64,000 nucleotides of DNA from Octopus sinensis (Eukaryota): positions 62,001 through 126,000 of the forward strand of contig NW_021825710.1 of assembly GCF_006345805.1 (NCBI RefSeq). Direction: 5' to 3'. Both the position numbers and the translations under genes were made by a program. Positions 26,927 through 40,613 of this stretch are shown in pieces. Numbering within the stretch: the first letter of the stretch is position 1; the number at the start of each line of letters is the position of its first letter. The notes beneath the pieces are model-generated. The model was not told the origin of the DNA and searched no databases. It worked only from the letters and a program-made list of their open reading frames with translations.

Positions 26927-28599
26927 TATATATCTATGTATTTATGTATCTATGTATATTTCGTAGTCACCCTTTTCGCCAAAAGCTGGCCGATTAGGAA
27001 TTCTAACGTGCATAACTTAGTTATACAAGATTGCTGAAGGTTTTGAAATCACAAATCCAACTCGACTCCACGACTTATGATTTGCTATAGATATTAGATT
27101 AGCTTGACTGGAAGAAATCGTGAGTAAACGAATCCATAAAATATTCAGTGAAGAACTCTATATCGGTGGAAATTGAATAAATTCAAATACTAGCACGGAA
27201 GTTCTTACACTGAACTATAATTGAAATTATTCTGAGCAGAGCAATTGCTTTGAGCAATATTTTTCTTTTTTTTCTTCTACTTTTTTATCATTTTTCATTT
27301 TTGTTGGGGTTTTTTTCTTTGACCAGAATTAGAAAGGAAAATATATTGAAAAAGGAAAGAAACTGAAGAACAAACTGAAACAAATAGAGTACTTGGGTAA
27401 AGAGGAATTGATTAAATGAAAGGTAGACGGGAAAAATGAGTGAGGGATAGAAACAGAAATGAGAATTGGTGGCGGGAGGATGAGTTGCGTTCAGAAAGCC
27501 CAAAGCAGGCATAATAAATGAAAGAATTTTTGGCAAGTCTGAGCAATGAGCAAATTTTGTAATATTTTCGCAATTAGTCAAATCAATATCAGCATAGCAA
27601 CGGATGATGGTGGCATTGTGAGAATAAAAGAAGCAGGCATGATGATCAAGATCAGCGTTTGGGGCATAATTGTTAACCTTAATTGGTTTTCTGAAACTTC
27701 AAACCGTTCTATAAACTGACTACTTTCTGCCTCATAAAACTGTAGACTAACACAGTTATGTAATTTACATCAGTTCTAGATTCAAAATTTGACATCGACA
27801 CTAAATCTCTCTAAATTCATCTTTCTTTATATTTTCATCGATCGAAATTTCCATCACATCTACTTCACTAAATACACACGCCATTTTCTCTCTAACAATT
27901 GTTCTGCTTTTTACCTTCTGGAGATATCACAGGTTATTTATTCTTTGACTTGATATTTAATCACTTTTGGTTCTTAGACGCATCCCCCACAACACACACA
28001 CAAAAAAAAAACAGAAGCCCCAATCTTTCAGCCACAGCAGAATAAATGTAATCAAACTTTTGTGTGTGTGCGTGTGTATGTTTATATCTCTATGTGAAAG
28101 GGAACGAGATAGAGAAGGGAGGCGAATTTTTGAACGAGCTTGTATAAATCATAAGTTTGCCTTTAACTCACAGACATTACACATATTACAGTTAAGAAAG
28201 CTCCTTCTCGAGTGGACCTTTAATCATTCTGGATGAAAATTAGGTACAAAAAGAGTGATCTCTACCTTAATGCATGGTGGCTAAATGCAGTAAGGACAGA
28301 ATACTTGTACCAACAGCCACAATGAATCATATGCTATTGACCTGGAAACTTGTACCATATCTGTAGGCAAACTGCATAATGGGAAGGAACCTGGAAGGAA
28401 CCTAATAACTGGATACTGTATAAGAGGTTGGCATTTTACAGGAAACCCCTAATATATATATTCAAAAGTACTATGGAAAAACCAATTTTTCCAAGATTAT
28501 CATGAGTCCAGCGACATAGAGACTGATGAATAGGCCGGTGGAAAGAAGAGAGTATGAGGTTTTGCCGAACAACTTTTTATAAACAAAGCTGCACTTCAA

Positions 28600-30257
28600 G
28601 TGAAAAAAAAAAAAACACCGCTGGAGCCATAGAACAGTATAGCTTGATTATAGGAAGGCATTTAACTCTATTCTCCACTCATGGCTGCTGAAGAGTCTCC
28701 ATTTAGCAAAAGTGCCTGCTTTCTTAATTGCTGCCATTGAGAGGCTCACAATGTCCTGGGCAACAATTCTTACAATTAGAACTGAGAGCGGAACGATCAT
28801 TACCAATGTTATGATTACTTCAAAGGGAATATTCCAAGGAGATATACTTTCTGTACTTCTGTTCATTTTAGCATTAAATCCATTATCATTCCTGCTACAA
28901 AAATCAAATGGCTACATGCCAGGATTTGCAGCTCACCCATAATTTCTTTGTGTATGACCTCAAGATTTATGCTAAAAATGTTAACAATGCCAAAAAACTG
29001 CTGGAATTAATAGCAACATTCTCAGCTGATATATGAATGGAACTTGACATATGAATGGAACTAGTGCATCAATGGTCTCGCTATCTCTCCTGTCCCATAC
29101 AAAGAATGCTACAAGTATCTAGACATTGATGGGAATATATCATACAAATGAATAAAGATAGCGTGACCCGAGAAAATTATGCCAGACTTTAAAAAATATG
29201 GCAGTCGAAACTCTCCTCTTACAAGACAATACTCCACAATGCATTAGCAGTACTAGTGCTGATTTCAATATTTAGAATGTTGGACTGGTTGACCTATGCA
29301 ACCCCAAACATATCTCAAAGAAGACCTAGAGATGAGACACACATCATACCAAAAACAAAAAAACGCATGGGTATGTTTCCCGAAGGCTTGAAGAGGACAA
29401 TAATATTGGCATAAAGTGAAGCCTCGCTTGGGCTCGTGACCTCTATATTACATCTCACTTTGAAGGCTGTGCATTTGCAATCCAAGAACAGCAAATTGCT
29501 ACTAAATGCTTCATTAACAAAAGATACAGTGAAACCCTTGGAGTTCCAAGATGCAACCGAAAATATAGAGTATTTCATATTTCTATGTGAGACATCGCAC
29601 ATGTGATTAGCAACTGCCCAAAAATGTCATCAAGGTACTACTTCTCTACGCAACATGACGCTGTTGCAAAATACAATATACAATGCCATTCAGAAAAAAA
29701 ATTGTCCTGGAATAAATATAGAAAACACCCCTGTTGTGATACATAAACAAACATCAACGCAAGGAATATTTGTGGAATATTCCAATCAAAACAATTGTCA
29801 AGTGTAAGCATAACAGGCCGGATATTGTTGTCTGGGACGAGCAAGGAAAAGTATGTACAGTCATAGAGGCCAGCTGCCCACCAGTTGCAGATATCTCTTT
29901 GAAAATCAAAACGAAAGAGGATAACTATGGACAACTGCTTCAAAAGCTTCAGTGTCTATATCTAGATTATAAATTCATATCCATACCAATAATAATTGGT
30001 GCATTTGGTTTTGTGAGTAAATGCCTAACTGACAATCTGGATAAGCTTAGGTTTTCGGAAAAAGAAACCAACTACTAACTCGCACATCACAAGTACAATT
30101 TGTAAGTGGAACAGTAAAAATACGCAAGACTTTTCTCAAGTTTAAAATGTAACTTTGTTTTAGCAATCTGCATTCCTGCGATGTAGCTTTGTATGTTTGT
30201 TAGAAAACAGCTCCTTCTAAAGAAGAATTTAAATAATTAAAAACAGAAAAGAACATA
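28600..30257 (+). mobile_element. Degraded R4-like LINE (CATA-associated family)
   Basis: YRKAFNSILHSW, KGIFQGDILSVLLFILALNPL, RHDAV, WNIPI...HNRPDIVVWD, IEASCP, IPIIIGAFG; ends directly at (CATA)n 30258-30443. Confidence 0.82.
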
Positions 30258-30414
30258 ATACATACATACATACATACATACATACATACATACATACATA
30301 CATACATACATACATACATACATACATACATACATGCATGCATGCATGCATGCCTGCATGCATGCATGCCTGCATGCATACATACATACATACATACATA
30401 CATACATACATACA

Positions 30415-30444
<30 letters not shown>

Positions 30445-30446
<2 letters not shown>

Positions 30447-32219
30447 AACAGAAGTATCTCCCATTTTGTTTGTTGATGATATGAAACTCTGAAAGCTAAA
30501 TATCGACCACATAAAGAAAATTGGATCTCATTACCCAATTTCTACGGGCATTGGATTGAAATTTGGTGAGTCCAAATGTGCGTTTTTGGCCATGAAACAT
30601 GGAAAAGTTGTACCTTCCTTTGAAAATCGAAGAATGAACGGCTTGACCATGCAACATCTACAGTCAGGTGACAACTACAGGTATCATGGACAGGGTAAGA
30701 ATGTCAGATATGATGGAACCATAAATAAGGAGAGGATCAGGAATGAATGCCTCAGGAGAGTAAAGAGTATATAATAATCTTTACTACCCACAAGGGGCTA
30801 AACACAGAGGGGACAAACAAAGACAGACTAACGGATTAACTCGATTACATCGACCCCAGTGCGTAACTGGTACTTAATTTATCGACCCCGAAAGGATGAA
30901 AGGCAAAGTCGACCTCGGCGGAATTTGAACTCAGAACGTAAAGGCAGACGAAATACGGCTACGCATTTCGCCCGACGTGCTAACGTTTCTGCCAGCTCGC
31001 CGCCTAGTAAAGAGCATATAGTCACCAGAACCCTCTGCTCATGAGAAGAATATTTCCCTCAACATATTGCAGTACCCGTCATCACGTATACGCTTGGTTT
31101 TCTGAACTATTCACTAGTCACTACAAGAACTCGGTGAGATAGATGTTAGAACGCACGCAAGGTTGGTGACCGTAGTCACAAATCTGTGTTGATGCCATAT
31201 GAAGCACGGATTGTGACACTGAAGCAATATCTGCAGGAGAGGAAAGAGACCAGTAACTACCGAGTTTGTGATCATGAAATCAACAACATAATTAAGACAG
31301 GCATGAAATAAGAGCAGATAAGAGCTGATACACATCTTTCCCCAAGGAGCATTGATAAAATCTATTTAACAGAAAAAAATTTTATAAATGGACCAGATTA
31401 CTGAGAAGATAGCGCATGAATACTTGGCACGTAAGACAATCAACCATAGAAGGAATTGATCGTGTCAAAAGTTTGATATAGAGTGCTGATATGTTTATGA
31501 AATCTCACTTCGAAGGCTACCTCCATGCAATTCAAGAACAAGAGATCCTCATTAAGTACCTACAGCATAAATGCAGAAAACATTGATTTTGTCTGTGCAA
31601 ACATAGTCTGTGCAAAACCAAGACTGAAGACATCAATCACATTATTGTCAATTGTGAGAGAATGTCTTTCAGTTATTATCTTCTCCCGAGGCATGATACA
31701 GTGGCCAGAACAGTTTGAAAAAGGGTAACAAAAAAAGAAAACACCGACTATTTTGAGACTGATAAGGCAAAAATAATATTGATAGAATTTAAAAACTTAA
31801 AACAGTCGCCAAGTTAAAACACAACTGGCCAGATTTTGTTGTGTGGGCTACAAGGAAAAGATATGCTATGTTGTGGAAATCATATGCCCTCTGGACACCA
31901 ATGTGAGAAAGCGGACACTTATGGACTATAGATAAGGAGTTTGCAAATTGAATACCCAAGATACACTTTCAGCTTCATACCTATTATTATTGAAGCAACA
32001 GAGGGCGTGTGGGGCAAAGTATGACTCAAGTTGGGTTCTTGGGGAGAGAACACAAATCCATAATTTATACGCTACAAATGCTCACAATATCTGGGACTAT
32101 AAAAATCTGCAATACTTTAAGATGTAAAGGATAATGAACAAAACAAGATGCGTTCCTTTCCAACCTTGCTAACAGGCAGGTGCCCGTTCAAAATTTATTT
32201 TAAAGTAAAAAGAGAAAGA
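30445..32219 (+). mobile_element. Second degraded R4-like LINE, interrupted by a SINE, between (CATA)n arrays
   Basis: LFVDDMKL, GLKFGESKCA, YRYHG, decayed CCHC and RHD-like segments, WPDF, VEIICP, IPIIIEAT; starts after (CATA)n at 30443 and ends at (CATA)n 32220-32352. Confidence 0.72.
30778..31004 (-). mobile_element. tRNA-derived SINE (family 1), well preserved
   Basis: Minus strand GGCGGCGAGCTGGCAGAAACGTTAGC...GAGTTCAAATTCCGCCGAGGTCGACTTTGCC...GGGTAGTAAAGA. Confidence 0.88.
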
Positions 32220-32250
<31 letters not shown>

Positions 32251-32265
32251 CATACATACATACAT

Positions 32266-32302
<37 letters not shown>

Positions 32303-32351
32303 TACATACATACATACATACATACATACATACATACATACATACATACAT

Positions 32352-32455
32352 ACCCTGTTGATGATGTTGAAATTCCAATGAAAGAGCTTTGGATCTAGGT
32401 TAGAAACCGGTTCTTCTTCTATTGGCAAGGAATCTTGAAATAAACTGAATATTGA
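32352..32455 (+). mobile_element. ~104-bp LINE-tail mini-element in (CATA)n
   Basis: ACCCTGTTGATGATGTTGAAATTCC...GAAATAAACTGAATATTGAC; same 5' and 3' boundaries as the minus-strand copy at 49850-49952. Confidence 0.7.
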
Positions 32456-33218
32456 CATACATACATACTCCTTGTCACCCAAGAAAATATACATAAACAC
32501 ACACACACGTATCTGTACTACGTGATTATAGTTTTTCAATTTGCTAACTACTTCAGTCTTAGCTAAAACGCTGAGTAGTCGTTCACTAAACAAATGTAAA
32601 TTTATGAAAATGTATCCGAGTTTCCGTAAGAGCGAAATTTCCGATCATACCCCAAAATTAGTGATCATACCTTATAATTTACGAAAGCGCGAAATCCTGG
32701 AATCCGAGGTAGCCGTAACGCGTGATGCCTGATACATATACAGTATTCTGAAAAGTATATTGTTAAAATAGTTGCAATTTCTGAACAAAACACTTTTTGA
32801 GGATTTGAACGTTCCAAGCAATGACATTTGGCACCTAATGTCCATGTACCTATAGCTGGACTAGTTTCCTGGTTGCTGGACGCTTGTTGAACTAAACCCT
32901 TGTTTTAGTTATGTTCAGAGGTAGACGCATACTTTCATATACGTCAAAGTCAGTAATACTATGTAGTTCTTCCACTGAAATTGCACTGTGGCATCATCTG
33001 ACTGCTGAAGTTCAATTGCCGATGTTAAGCAGGTGCCTACAGGCTCATTAGACCGGGACTTAACCCGGTAAAAGGGGTCACGCTCTGTTAGGGTGTCCTC
33101 TTATGAAAGCGAGCACATTGTTTGTGAAGTGAAGTTCTACACTGGTGGGAAGGTGTATGAGATGAAGGCTAGCTCAAGAGAAGATGTGTAAGACTGAATG
33201 CATGAGGACGATCTAGAC

Positions 33219-33553
33219 CAAGGATTCTCAACCATTTTTTACCTATGGATCCCTCTGATTACTATTTTATTCTGGTGGACCTCTAAAGACTTCAGATGTT
33301 TAAAAACTAGTTTTATAGAAACTTCTTACAAAATTCCTATTTAACTTGTGTAAGGTGAACTAAGTAAAATGTAAGAGAAAGAAACCTAGCTGTTTCTTGC
33401 AATACATACTAATACATACATCTAAAACGACATTTTTTCTGAAGCCCTTAAAATACTGTTGTGGATCCCCAACTTACTATTTTGTGCCGTGGATCCCAAA
33501 AATCGTATATGGACTCTCAATGGCCATATGGACCCCCGAGTTGAGAACCAATG
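33219..33553. mobile_element. hAT/Charlie-type MITE (335 bp)
   Basis: TIRs CAAGGATTCTCAAC / GTTGAGAACCAATG; 8-bp flanks ATCTAGAC / ATCTCGAA match the NTCTAGAN target preference. Confidence 0.75.
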
Positions 33554-33769
33554 ATCTCGAAGAAGAGCTGATTGCGCGGAGACGGGATCAAATTACAAAA
33601 AAGGTTTCATGGAAACACTATTGTAAATGTCTACTATCCAAATGAGGTAGGTCCGTGCTCATTTACAGTAACCTAGTTGTGGAGTCAACGTCAAACAATG
33701 CAATGAAGAGTTGGTCAGACATCAAGAGGAAAAGCTTAATCAAAACGGTTGTATGTCCTGATCGATTAC

Positions 33770-33870
33770 CAGTGTTCAACTGGTATCTATATGAAGAAAA
33801 GCAATGTCGACCTCAACGGAATTTGAACACCGAGCATAAAGAGGGACGAAATGCCGCTAAGCATTTTTCC
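33770..33870 (-). mobile_element. SINE family 1 fragment
   Basis: AACTGGTA...GTCGACCTCAACGGAATTTGAAC...GCCGCTAAGCATT is the reverse complement of the SINE core. Confidence 0.65.
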
Positions 33871-34451
33871 CGCCTTAAAAAGCTATTAATAATAGCATGT
33901 AAGATATTGGGTTGAAAAACCCAGATTTCCTGTTATGTCTACAGATGTTTCGAATACCACAGGCAGTCCTTCTACACGCGCGCAGCGCACGCATGCACAC
34001 ATACACATGCATGTACATATGCAATTGTGTGTTTGTGTGTGCATTTATACATACATGTATGTATACACACACAAACACACACACACACACACATGCACAC
34101 ACACATATTGTTTTCAGTATTGTATGTTTTATTTAAATTTTAATATTTAGTGTGTATTTATTTACAATTCTTAACTCGATTCCTTAAGTTATACGTCCAT
34201 GTATAACTTCTGACCCACGTTTCTCTAGGCCCTTTCGTAATGCTCTCTCGATTTATTGTATCTCTTCGAGACCTTGTACCTAATGAAGGGCGGTAAGCTG
34301 TCAAAATCGCTAGATCATTAGAAAAAATGTCCTACTACATTTGTTCTGGCTCTTTGTATTCTGAGTTCCAATCCCAACGAGAGTAACTTCGCCTATCTTC
34401 ATTTTGGGGGTTATAAACTATTGTTAGTCTTATGCCTTAATCAGAAGCCAT

Positions 34452-34499
<48 letters not shown>

Positions 34500-35389
34500 C
34501 ACTACCACACACAAACACACACACATACATACATATTTACATCTATATATATTATCCGAAATGTATAGTATTATATATCCATCACGGCACATCTTACCAA
34601 TCTGTTTTGCGCAAGGAATACAATGGAATGGTAGGTAACAATCCGATTATATAACCTTACGTTCATTAAAGTCAGCCGATATGGAAAACAATATGGCGAC
34701 TGCTCTCTATTATCGGAGGTGGATTAACACAACCGGCGTGCAGCAGCTGTGAAAAAGGTGGTGAAACGAAAGAGGGCCAGGGGAATTAGGTTAGAAATTA
34801 TGCCCCTTGGTTGGGTGAACTGTGAGGCCGGTAAGAGTTATCTTGAAGTGTTTGTGGCGAAAATGTGCTTTATTATGTGTGATGCTCTTGTGGGGATGGG
34901 ATGTTTGATATGTGTAGTAATGCCATATGCATAATTTTTCTGGGGGGTGTTCGTTGGTCTGTTTACTTTCTATAATGTTTAAGATCATGGGGGGGGGGGT
35001 ATGTTAGTGTGTGGTGTGTAATGTGTGTATGCGGTTGTCTATATATGTTGTGTGGGGGTACAATGTGTGTGAAGGGGTATATGTTGGGGGTGGAAAGAAG
35101 TCTATTTGTTGGGGTACCCGCCTTATAGAGGTGTGCGTGTGTGTGTATATGGGTGCATTGGTGTGTGCTTTGGTCAAACTCTTTGCCAGGCCCGAGGGCA
35201 TTGGCGGGAGGTCGAGGCTGGGGACCTGTGGTTGCAGTCATGGTGGGGCGCGCAAGCCCGATAGGATGTACTACCTTTTATGTGGGCAAGGATTACACAC
35301 CTCACTCCGGCTATTCAGGTAAACATCCGGGTGTTGGGCACCCCACCCTTTACAACTGCTTTCTTCTTAGCCAGGATGTTGTCTCAGTT

Positions 35390-35603
35390 TTAGACGCAGC
35401 AAATGATTTTAGCTCAATAGAGGCCATTGATTGGTTAAAATTTGAAAAATTAAACTACGTTAAACTTACAAATTACAATTTTCTCAAGAAAGCCAAGAGA
35501 AAAAAATGTTTTATTTTGACACATTCTACTAGTATATGAAGTTTAAAAGTGTTTAGTTAACTATAAATTGTGTTGTCATGTGCCGTTCAAAAGGAAAAGA
35601 TCC
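35390..35603. mobile_element. Right-end fragment of the GGATC-TIR MITE family
   Basis: Ends ...GTGCCGTTCAAAAGGAAAAGATCC, homologous to the right half of 51390-51848. Confidence 0.65.
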
Positions 35604-35847
35604 TTATGGCACTCTCTAGCACTCTCTTTCAAAGACCAAACGTGTTTGGCTAGCGTTGTGGTTTTACGTCTCTCCGGGATGTTGAAGGAGAACTTGTGAT
35701 TGTTAAAGCGGATTTTGAAGGAGCCTTCCGTTGCTACCACATGCTTCCACACTCTAGGTTGTCCATTGGACCCTATGGCTGCTATCACTGCCTCATATAC
35801 AACTGTCTTCGTGATGCAGTGGCAGTTTAGTGGACAAACTGTGTTAC

Positions 35848-35848
<1 letters not shown>
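35604..35848 (-). pseudogene. Penelope-like GIY-YIG endonuclease fragment
   Basis: CPLNCHCITKTVVYEA...ATEGSFKIRFNNHKFSF...TTTLAKHVWSLKE resembles the PLE zinc-knuckle + GIY-YIG region. Confidence 0.75.
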
Positions 35849-35910
<62 letters not shown>

Positions 35911-35911
35911 C

Positions 35912-35988
<77 letters not shown>

Positions 35989-36539
35989 CGTATGTATGTA
36001 TGTATGTATGTATGTATGTATGTACACGTGGAAATAGGAGAAAAGAGGTGGAATAACAATATATGAGCTGATGCACTTGAGACATTCATACGTTTATGAA
36101 TGTGCCCCGATCATGCGACATCATATTTGTAAATTATTTCTTCTCCCTAGATAAATCGAGTATTGAGCGGTTATTTCTGTAAATACAATGTGTAATAGGG
36201 GAGCCTGCAGTCAATTAATATTTGTAAACGTGTGCATGCACAGAGGACGAAGATGCATATAAGAACGCCTCCAATTCAAGTTACAGAACGCTACTAAAAA
36301 CAACCAAATACTAACATAACAATTATTTTAACGTTTCAATCTTCTGTTATTATTGATCGAAGATGGATAAGTTCCTGGAGCGAGGTAAAAATAATAAAAT
36401 TGCCGCTAGAGGATAGGAACATTAATTATCAAACAACATGTCTTTCTATACAGAAACTGATTGATCTTCCTCTATCTGTCGACTCGTTTAATAAGTGTAC
36501 CACTATCAAAAGTATCAAATAGCTCCGCTTATAATTCTC

Positions 36540-36557
36540 TCTCTTTCCCGCCCCCCT

Positions 36558-36611
<54 letters not shown>

Positions 36612-36805
36612 TTATGTGTATACCCACACGCGTGTTCACATACATATATGTATTTATGTATTTATGTATGTATGTATACTTCATAACGTGAGGAAGAGAG
36701 TATGCATCTCTGTATGCGCGGCGTGTCTAATACGCACCGTTTCCGAGATGTATCAAATATCTCTCGTTAAACTTCTGAGTACTTCTCTCTCTCCTTTCTC
36801 TCTCG

Positions 36806-36874
<69 letters not shown>

Positions 36875-37075
36875 ATATGTTTTATGTGTATACCCACACG
36901 CGTGTTCACATACATATATGTATTTATGTATTTATGTATGTATGTATACTTCATAACGTGAGGAAGAGAGTATGCATCTCTGTATGCGCGGCGTGTCTAA
37001 TACGCACCGTTTCCGAGATGTATCAAATATCTCTCGTTAAACTTCTGAGTACTTCTCTCTCTCCTTTCTCTCTCG

Positions 37076-37145
<70 letters not shown>
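36540..37145. repeat. Exact direct tandem duplication (270-bp period) bounded by (CT)n(TA)n
   Basis: 36609-36837 is repeated at 36879-37107. Confidence 0.9.
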
Positions 37146-37147
<2 letters not shown>

Positions 37148-37381
37148 GTGTGTGTGTGTGTGTGTGTATAATATTTTTAGTGTTTTGTTTTCGCGTTTTT
37201 TATTAGTTTCTTTAAAGTTTGTTTGGAACAATAGACTTCCTTCTTTCATATTCTTGGAATTCCATTGTTCAAACCAACTGAAAAAAAGAAAGAAGTATGA
37301 AAAATGTCGAATAAAAAAGATGAAACATCAACATAGTTGTGTATCTAATGAAACATACATAAAGAAAACCTGTGTGTGTAT

Positions 37382-38317
37382 TGTTACGGACCACACTCAG
37401 CTCAGTCGAACGGAGAATTCGCCACACAGAGAGGACTCGGTGGGGATGGCAGCGAAGTCGGCGACCGGAGATAACAACAACAACAGCAGCAAGAGATACA
37501 GACACAAGGAGAAAAACGGCGGAAGGCAATTGGCTACATTTAACACTAGTTTATGATAATCATTACAACATCAAATACATTTAAAGAAAACACATGCAAG
37601 AAACAGGTATACAACAGATCAAAGCATTTAAACATGCAGATACAATAAAACAACAGCATTTAAACAGTACACGTCGAATCAAACAAATAAGTTCGGATCA
37701 AATAATGTTCACGATACGTTCAAAGTCCTTCAAAGTCTTTACAATCTCATTTCTTTAGCACTGTTCTTTATAACACATCAAGTCCTTTACTCAATTCTGT
37801 AACAGTTCGTTATAATCTCTTTACATAATTCACATATCAACACAATTCACAATGTTCGTTATAATCCCTTTATCCAGCACATTAACTCTTTTACAATTCA
37901 ACATCAATACAACAATTCACGTTACAATTCAACAACACATACTGTTTCAATTTCTAGTTACAACTTCTACTACAATAGCCATGCCTTCCATCCGCCGTAA
38001 TTCCTCTCTCTCGCTCTACATGTTCCCAATGCTTATCTGTCTGTCTTCCTCAGCGTTGTCATCCTCTCGCCATCGCCACCTTCTTGGCTGCTGTCTTTTT
38101 TGCCAACCGACTGCCTCCTCCGGCCCCTTTTGCTGTCTCAGGCAGAACTACCTGTTGCCAACTCACTCTGTTCCCGACTGACTCACAGACTCACATCTCC
38201 CTGCTTTTTAAGGGGTTTCCTCGAACTAAGCTCATTACTCCTTCGTGAATCCGACAGAACAATGGATTTATTCCAAAAGTAGGTCGCAACCACTGTCCTT
38301 AAATTGAACTCACAACA
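37382..38317. mobile_element. Solo LTR (~936 bp), probably Ty3/Gypsy
   Basis: TGTT...AACA termini with a 4-bp target duplication GTAT (37378-37381 / 38318-38321); no coding region. Confidence 0.65.
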
Positions 38318-38347
38318 GTATGCATATATATATATAGAGAGAGAGAG

Positions 38348-38441
<94 letters not shown>

Positions 38442-38492
38442 AACTTACTTGGAAGGGGAAGCGTGGCGTTCAATCATATAATAATATAAATA

Positions 38493-38559
<67 letters not shown>

Positions 38560-39197
38560 TGTATGTATGTATGTATATAATACAATTTTACTGAACCATC
38601 AGTTTTTTTATATACTAGACCACTGGTGTAAAATCGATGTTAATTAAATTAATATCTAATTTCTCACCCTCATTTTAAATTTAAATTTAAATTAATACGT
38701 TCTCTAACCGACAAAGGCCACTGCAGTAAAGTATTATCTGCAGCATCAGTTTTTCTGGTAATTTAGCACGCCAAAACGAGGACATTTGAAATAGTAACCA
38801 CGAGTGTAATGGGTAGAACTGTTTACAGATCTGACTTTGTGCGGACGTTCTAGTATGCAGTCCTGCAAATTATATTCATCTGGACGTAATATGTTAATAG
38901 TGAAACATGTATGCGAATAATCCATATTTCTATTGCTTTTACTTTTGTCTTGCTCGATTACGTTTTGGTTGTTTTGTAAAATTTTTCTTGAGAACATTTC
39001 TTATTGGTAAGACCATAGTGGATTTATTTCTAGCATGAGGGTGTCCACATAGTGGTTTCCCTCTAATATGTATATAATACAATTTTACTGAATCTTCATT
39101 TTTTTTTATATGCAAGACCACTGGTGTAAAATCGATGTTAATTAAATTAATATTTAATAATTAAATTTCTTACCCTCATTTTAAATTTATATATATA

Positions 39198-39833
39198 CTA
39201 GCAGTATCGCCCGGCGTTGCTCGGGTTTGTAAGGGAAATAACTATATAAGCATTTTAAGAGAGTTATAGCCAAAAAATAGCAAAAAATGCATTAAAAATG
39301 GAAAAAATATGATGGTAAATTTTTTTTTAAATCGTTGACTCATCGTAGACATTTTTAGAGAGTTACTTCCCTTATATAATAGCGAAAAATGCATTAAAAT
39401 GGAAAAAAAACGATGGTAAATTTTTTTTAAAATCGTAGACTCATGTAGACGCTTTCTTAGCCATTTCTGTTTTGGTGTCTTCAAGCCATGAAGTCGTTGT
39501 TCTAAAAGAACGCTGGTCTCCTTGACAACGCATTACGACGTTGATTTCCTTACACTCCCTTCCCCACAGGTGCAGGTGTGAGCGTGGACGCCAACTCCGC
39601 CGCCATCGACACACGAAAAATTATGCATTAAAATGGAATAAAAAATGATGTTAAATTATTTTTAAAATCGTAGACTCATCGTAGACGCGCGCTAATACTC
39701 AGACGGGCTCGATATGAATCACGACTATAGGCTACCCGAATTTGGTTAAACTGCACCGCAAAATGTGGGAGTAGTTAGGAATCTAAATCGAAGGGGACAG
39801 ACACTCACACAACTACAGTTTTATATATATAGA
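39198..39833 (-). mobile_element. Non-autonomous Helitron A, copy 1 (other copies 41329-42053 and 43547-44172)
   Basis: 5' A|TCTATATATATAAAAC; 3' hairpin CCCGAGCAACGCCGGG, 8-nt spacer, CTAG|T; internal ~100-bp minisatellite whose copy number differs between units. Confidence 0.85.
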
Positions 39834-39835
39834 TA

Positions 39836-40380
39836 TACATAGCGCAGTAGTGGTGAGATGTGACGGCAAAGAAAAGCATACATTCACTCTCTGCATGCAA
39901 TTAGACTCGGAAAGTTCGTGAGGAACCCATTGACCCAATTTGCTGACTTTTCCGATAGCACACAGGTCTCAATGAATGGTTGAATGACCAAATCCAAGCT
40001 TCTCTGCTAGTTCCTCAACAGTTACGATGAGATTTTGTTCCACCAGGGTTTTCAGGATGTCCTTGTCGAGTTCTACAGATCTTTCAGGATGAGGCTCGTC
40101 TTCTAGGCTGTAGTTTATGGCTCGGAATTTCTGGAACCACCATTGACACTGCCTTACGCTTATTGTCTAATCCCCATATACTGCATTAATATTTCTTGTA
40201 CTTTCCGTTGCGTTGTTGTCTTTATTGAACTCATAAAGCAAAATATGCCAAATATGCTCCTTTGTTACTTCCAATAAAGCTTTGAAAAAAATAGCTGTTA
40301 AAATCGAAATGCACTCTTCAAAACTTGCACTATGAATAAGGACAAGATAAAATTACTACCTGCTTTTATAGCAAGTTAAT
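39836..40380 (-). pseudogene. Mariner transposase N-terminal fragment (repeated at ~42056-42600 and, partly deleted, at ~44175-44545)
   Basis: HIWHILLYEFNK, STRNINAVYGD, QWWFQKFRA.NYSLEDEP, EELAEKLG.GHSTI, KLGQWVPHELS (mariner WVPHEL motif). Confidence 0.88.
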
Positions 40381-40452
40381 ATAAGTAGTTTATCCCATTC
40401 CCCTCTGACATTTAGTTCAAGCTGTTGAAAAAACCGCATTATTATATATATA

Positions 40453-40484
<32 letters not shown>

Positions 40485-40577
40485 CACACACACTCTCTCT
40501 CTCTCACACACATGCACACATTTATATTCTGTTATTGTTTTATACGTTTCAGCCTTGAGGTTGTGGCCATGCTGGAT

Positions 40578-40613
<36 letters not shown>

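Noticed and set aside
34275-34320. CTAATGA-AGGGCGGTAAGCTGTC-AAAATCG hammerhead-like string
   Set aside because: Two core positions (G5, G12) are altered and the stems are weak; at best a dead relic.
35150-35350. GC-rich stretch with minus-strand GGTCCCCAGCCTC resembling the HDV ribozyme
   Set aside because: P1, P3, L3 and P4 could not be threaded; similarity limited to ~12 nt.
38571-39190. ~120-bp direct repeats 497 bp apart with a minus-strand CTGATGC...GAGAACGTA
   Set aside because: Possibly a decayed PLE pseudo-LTR pair, but the core is broken; no similarity to the 497-nt unit at 11.6 kb, so the equal period looks coincidental.
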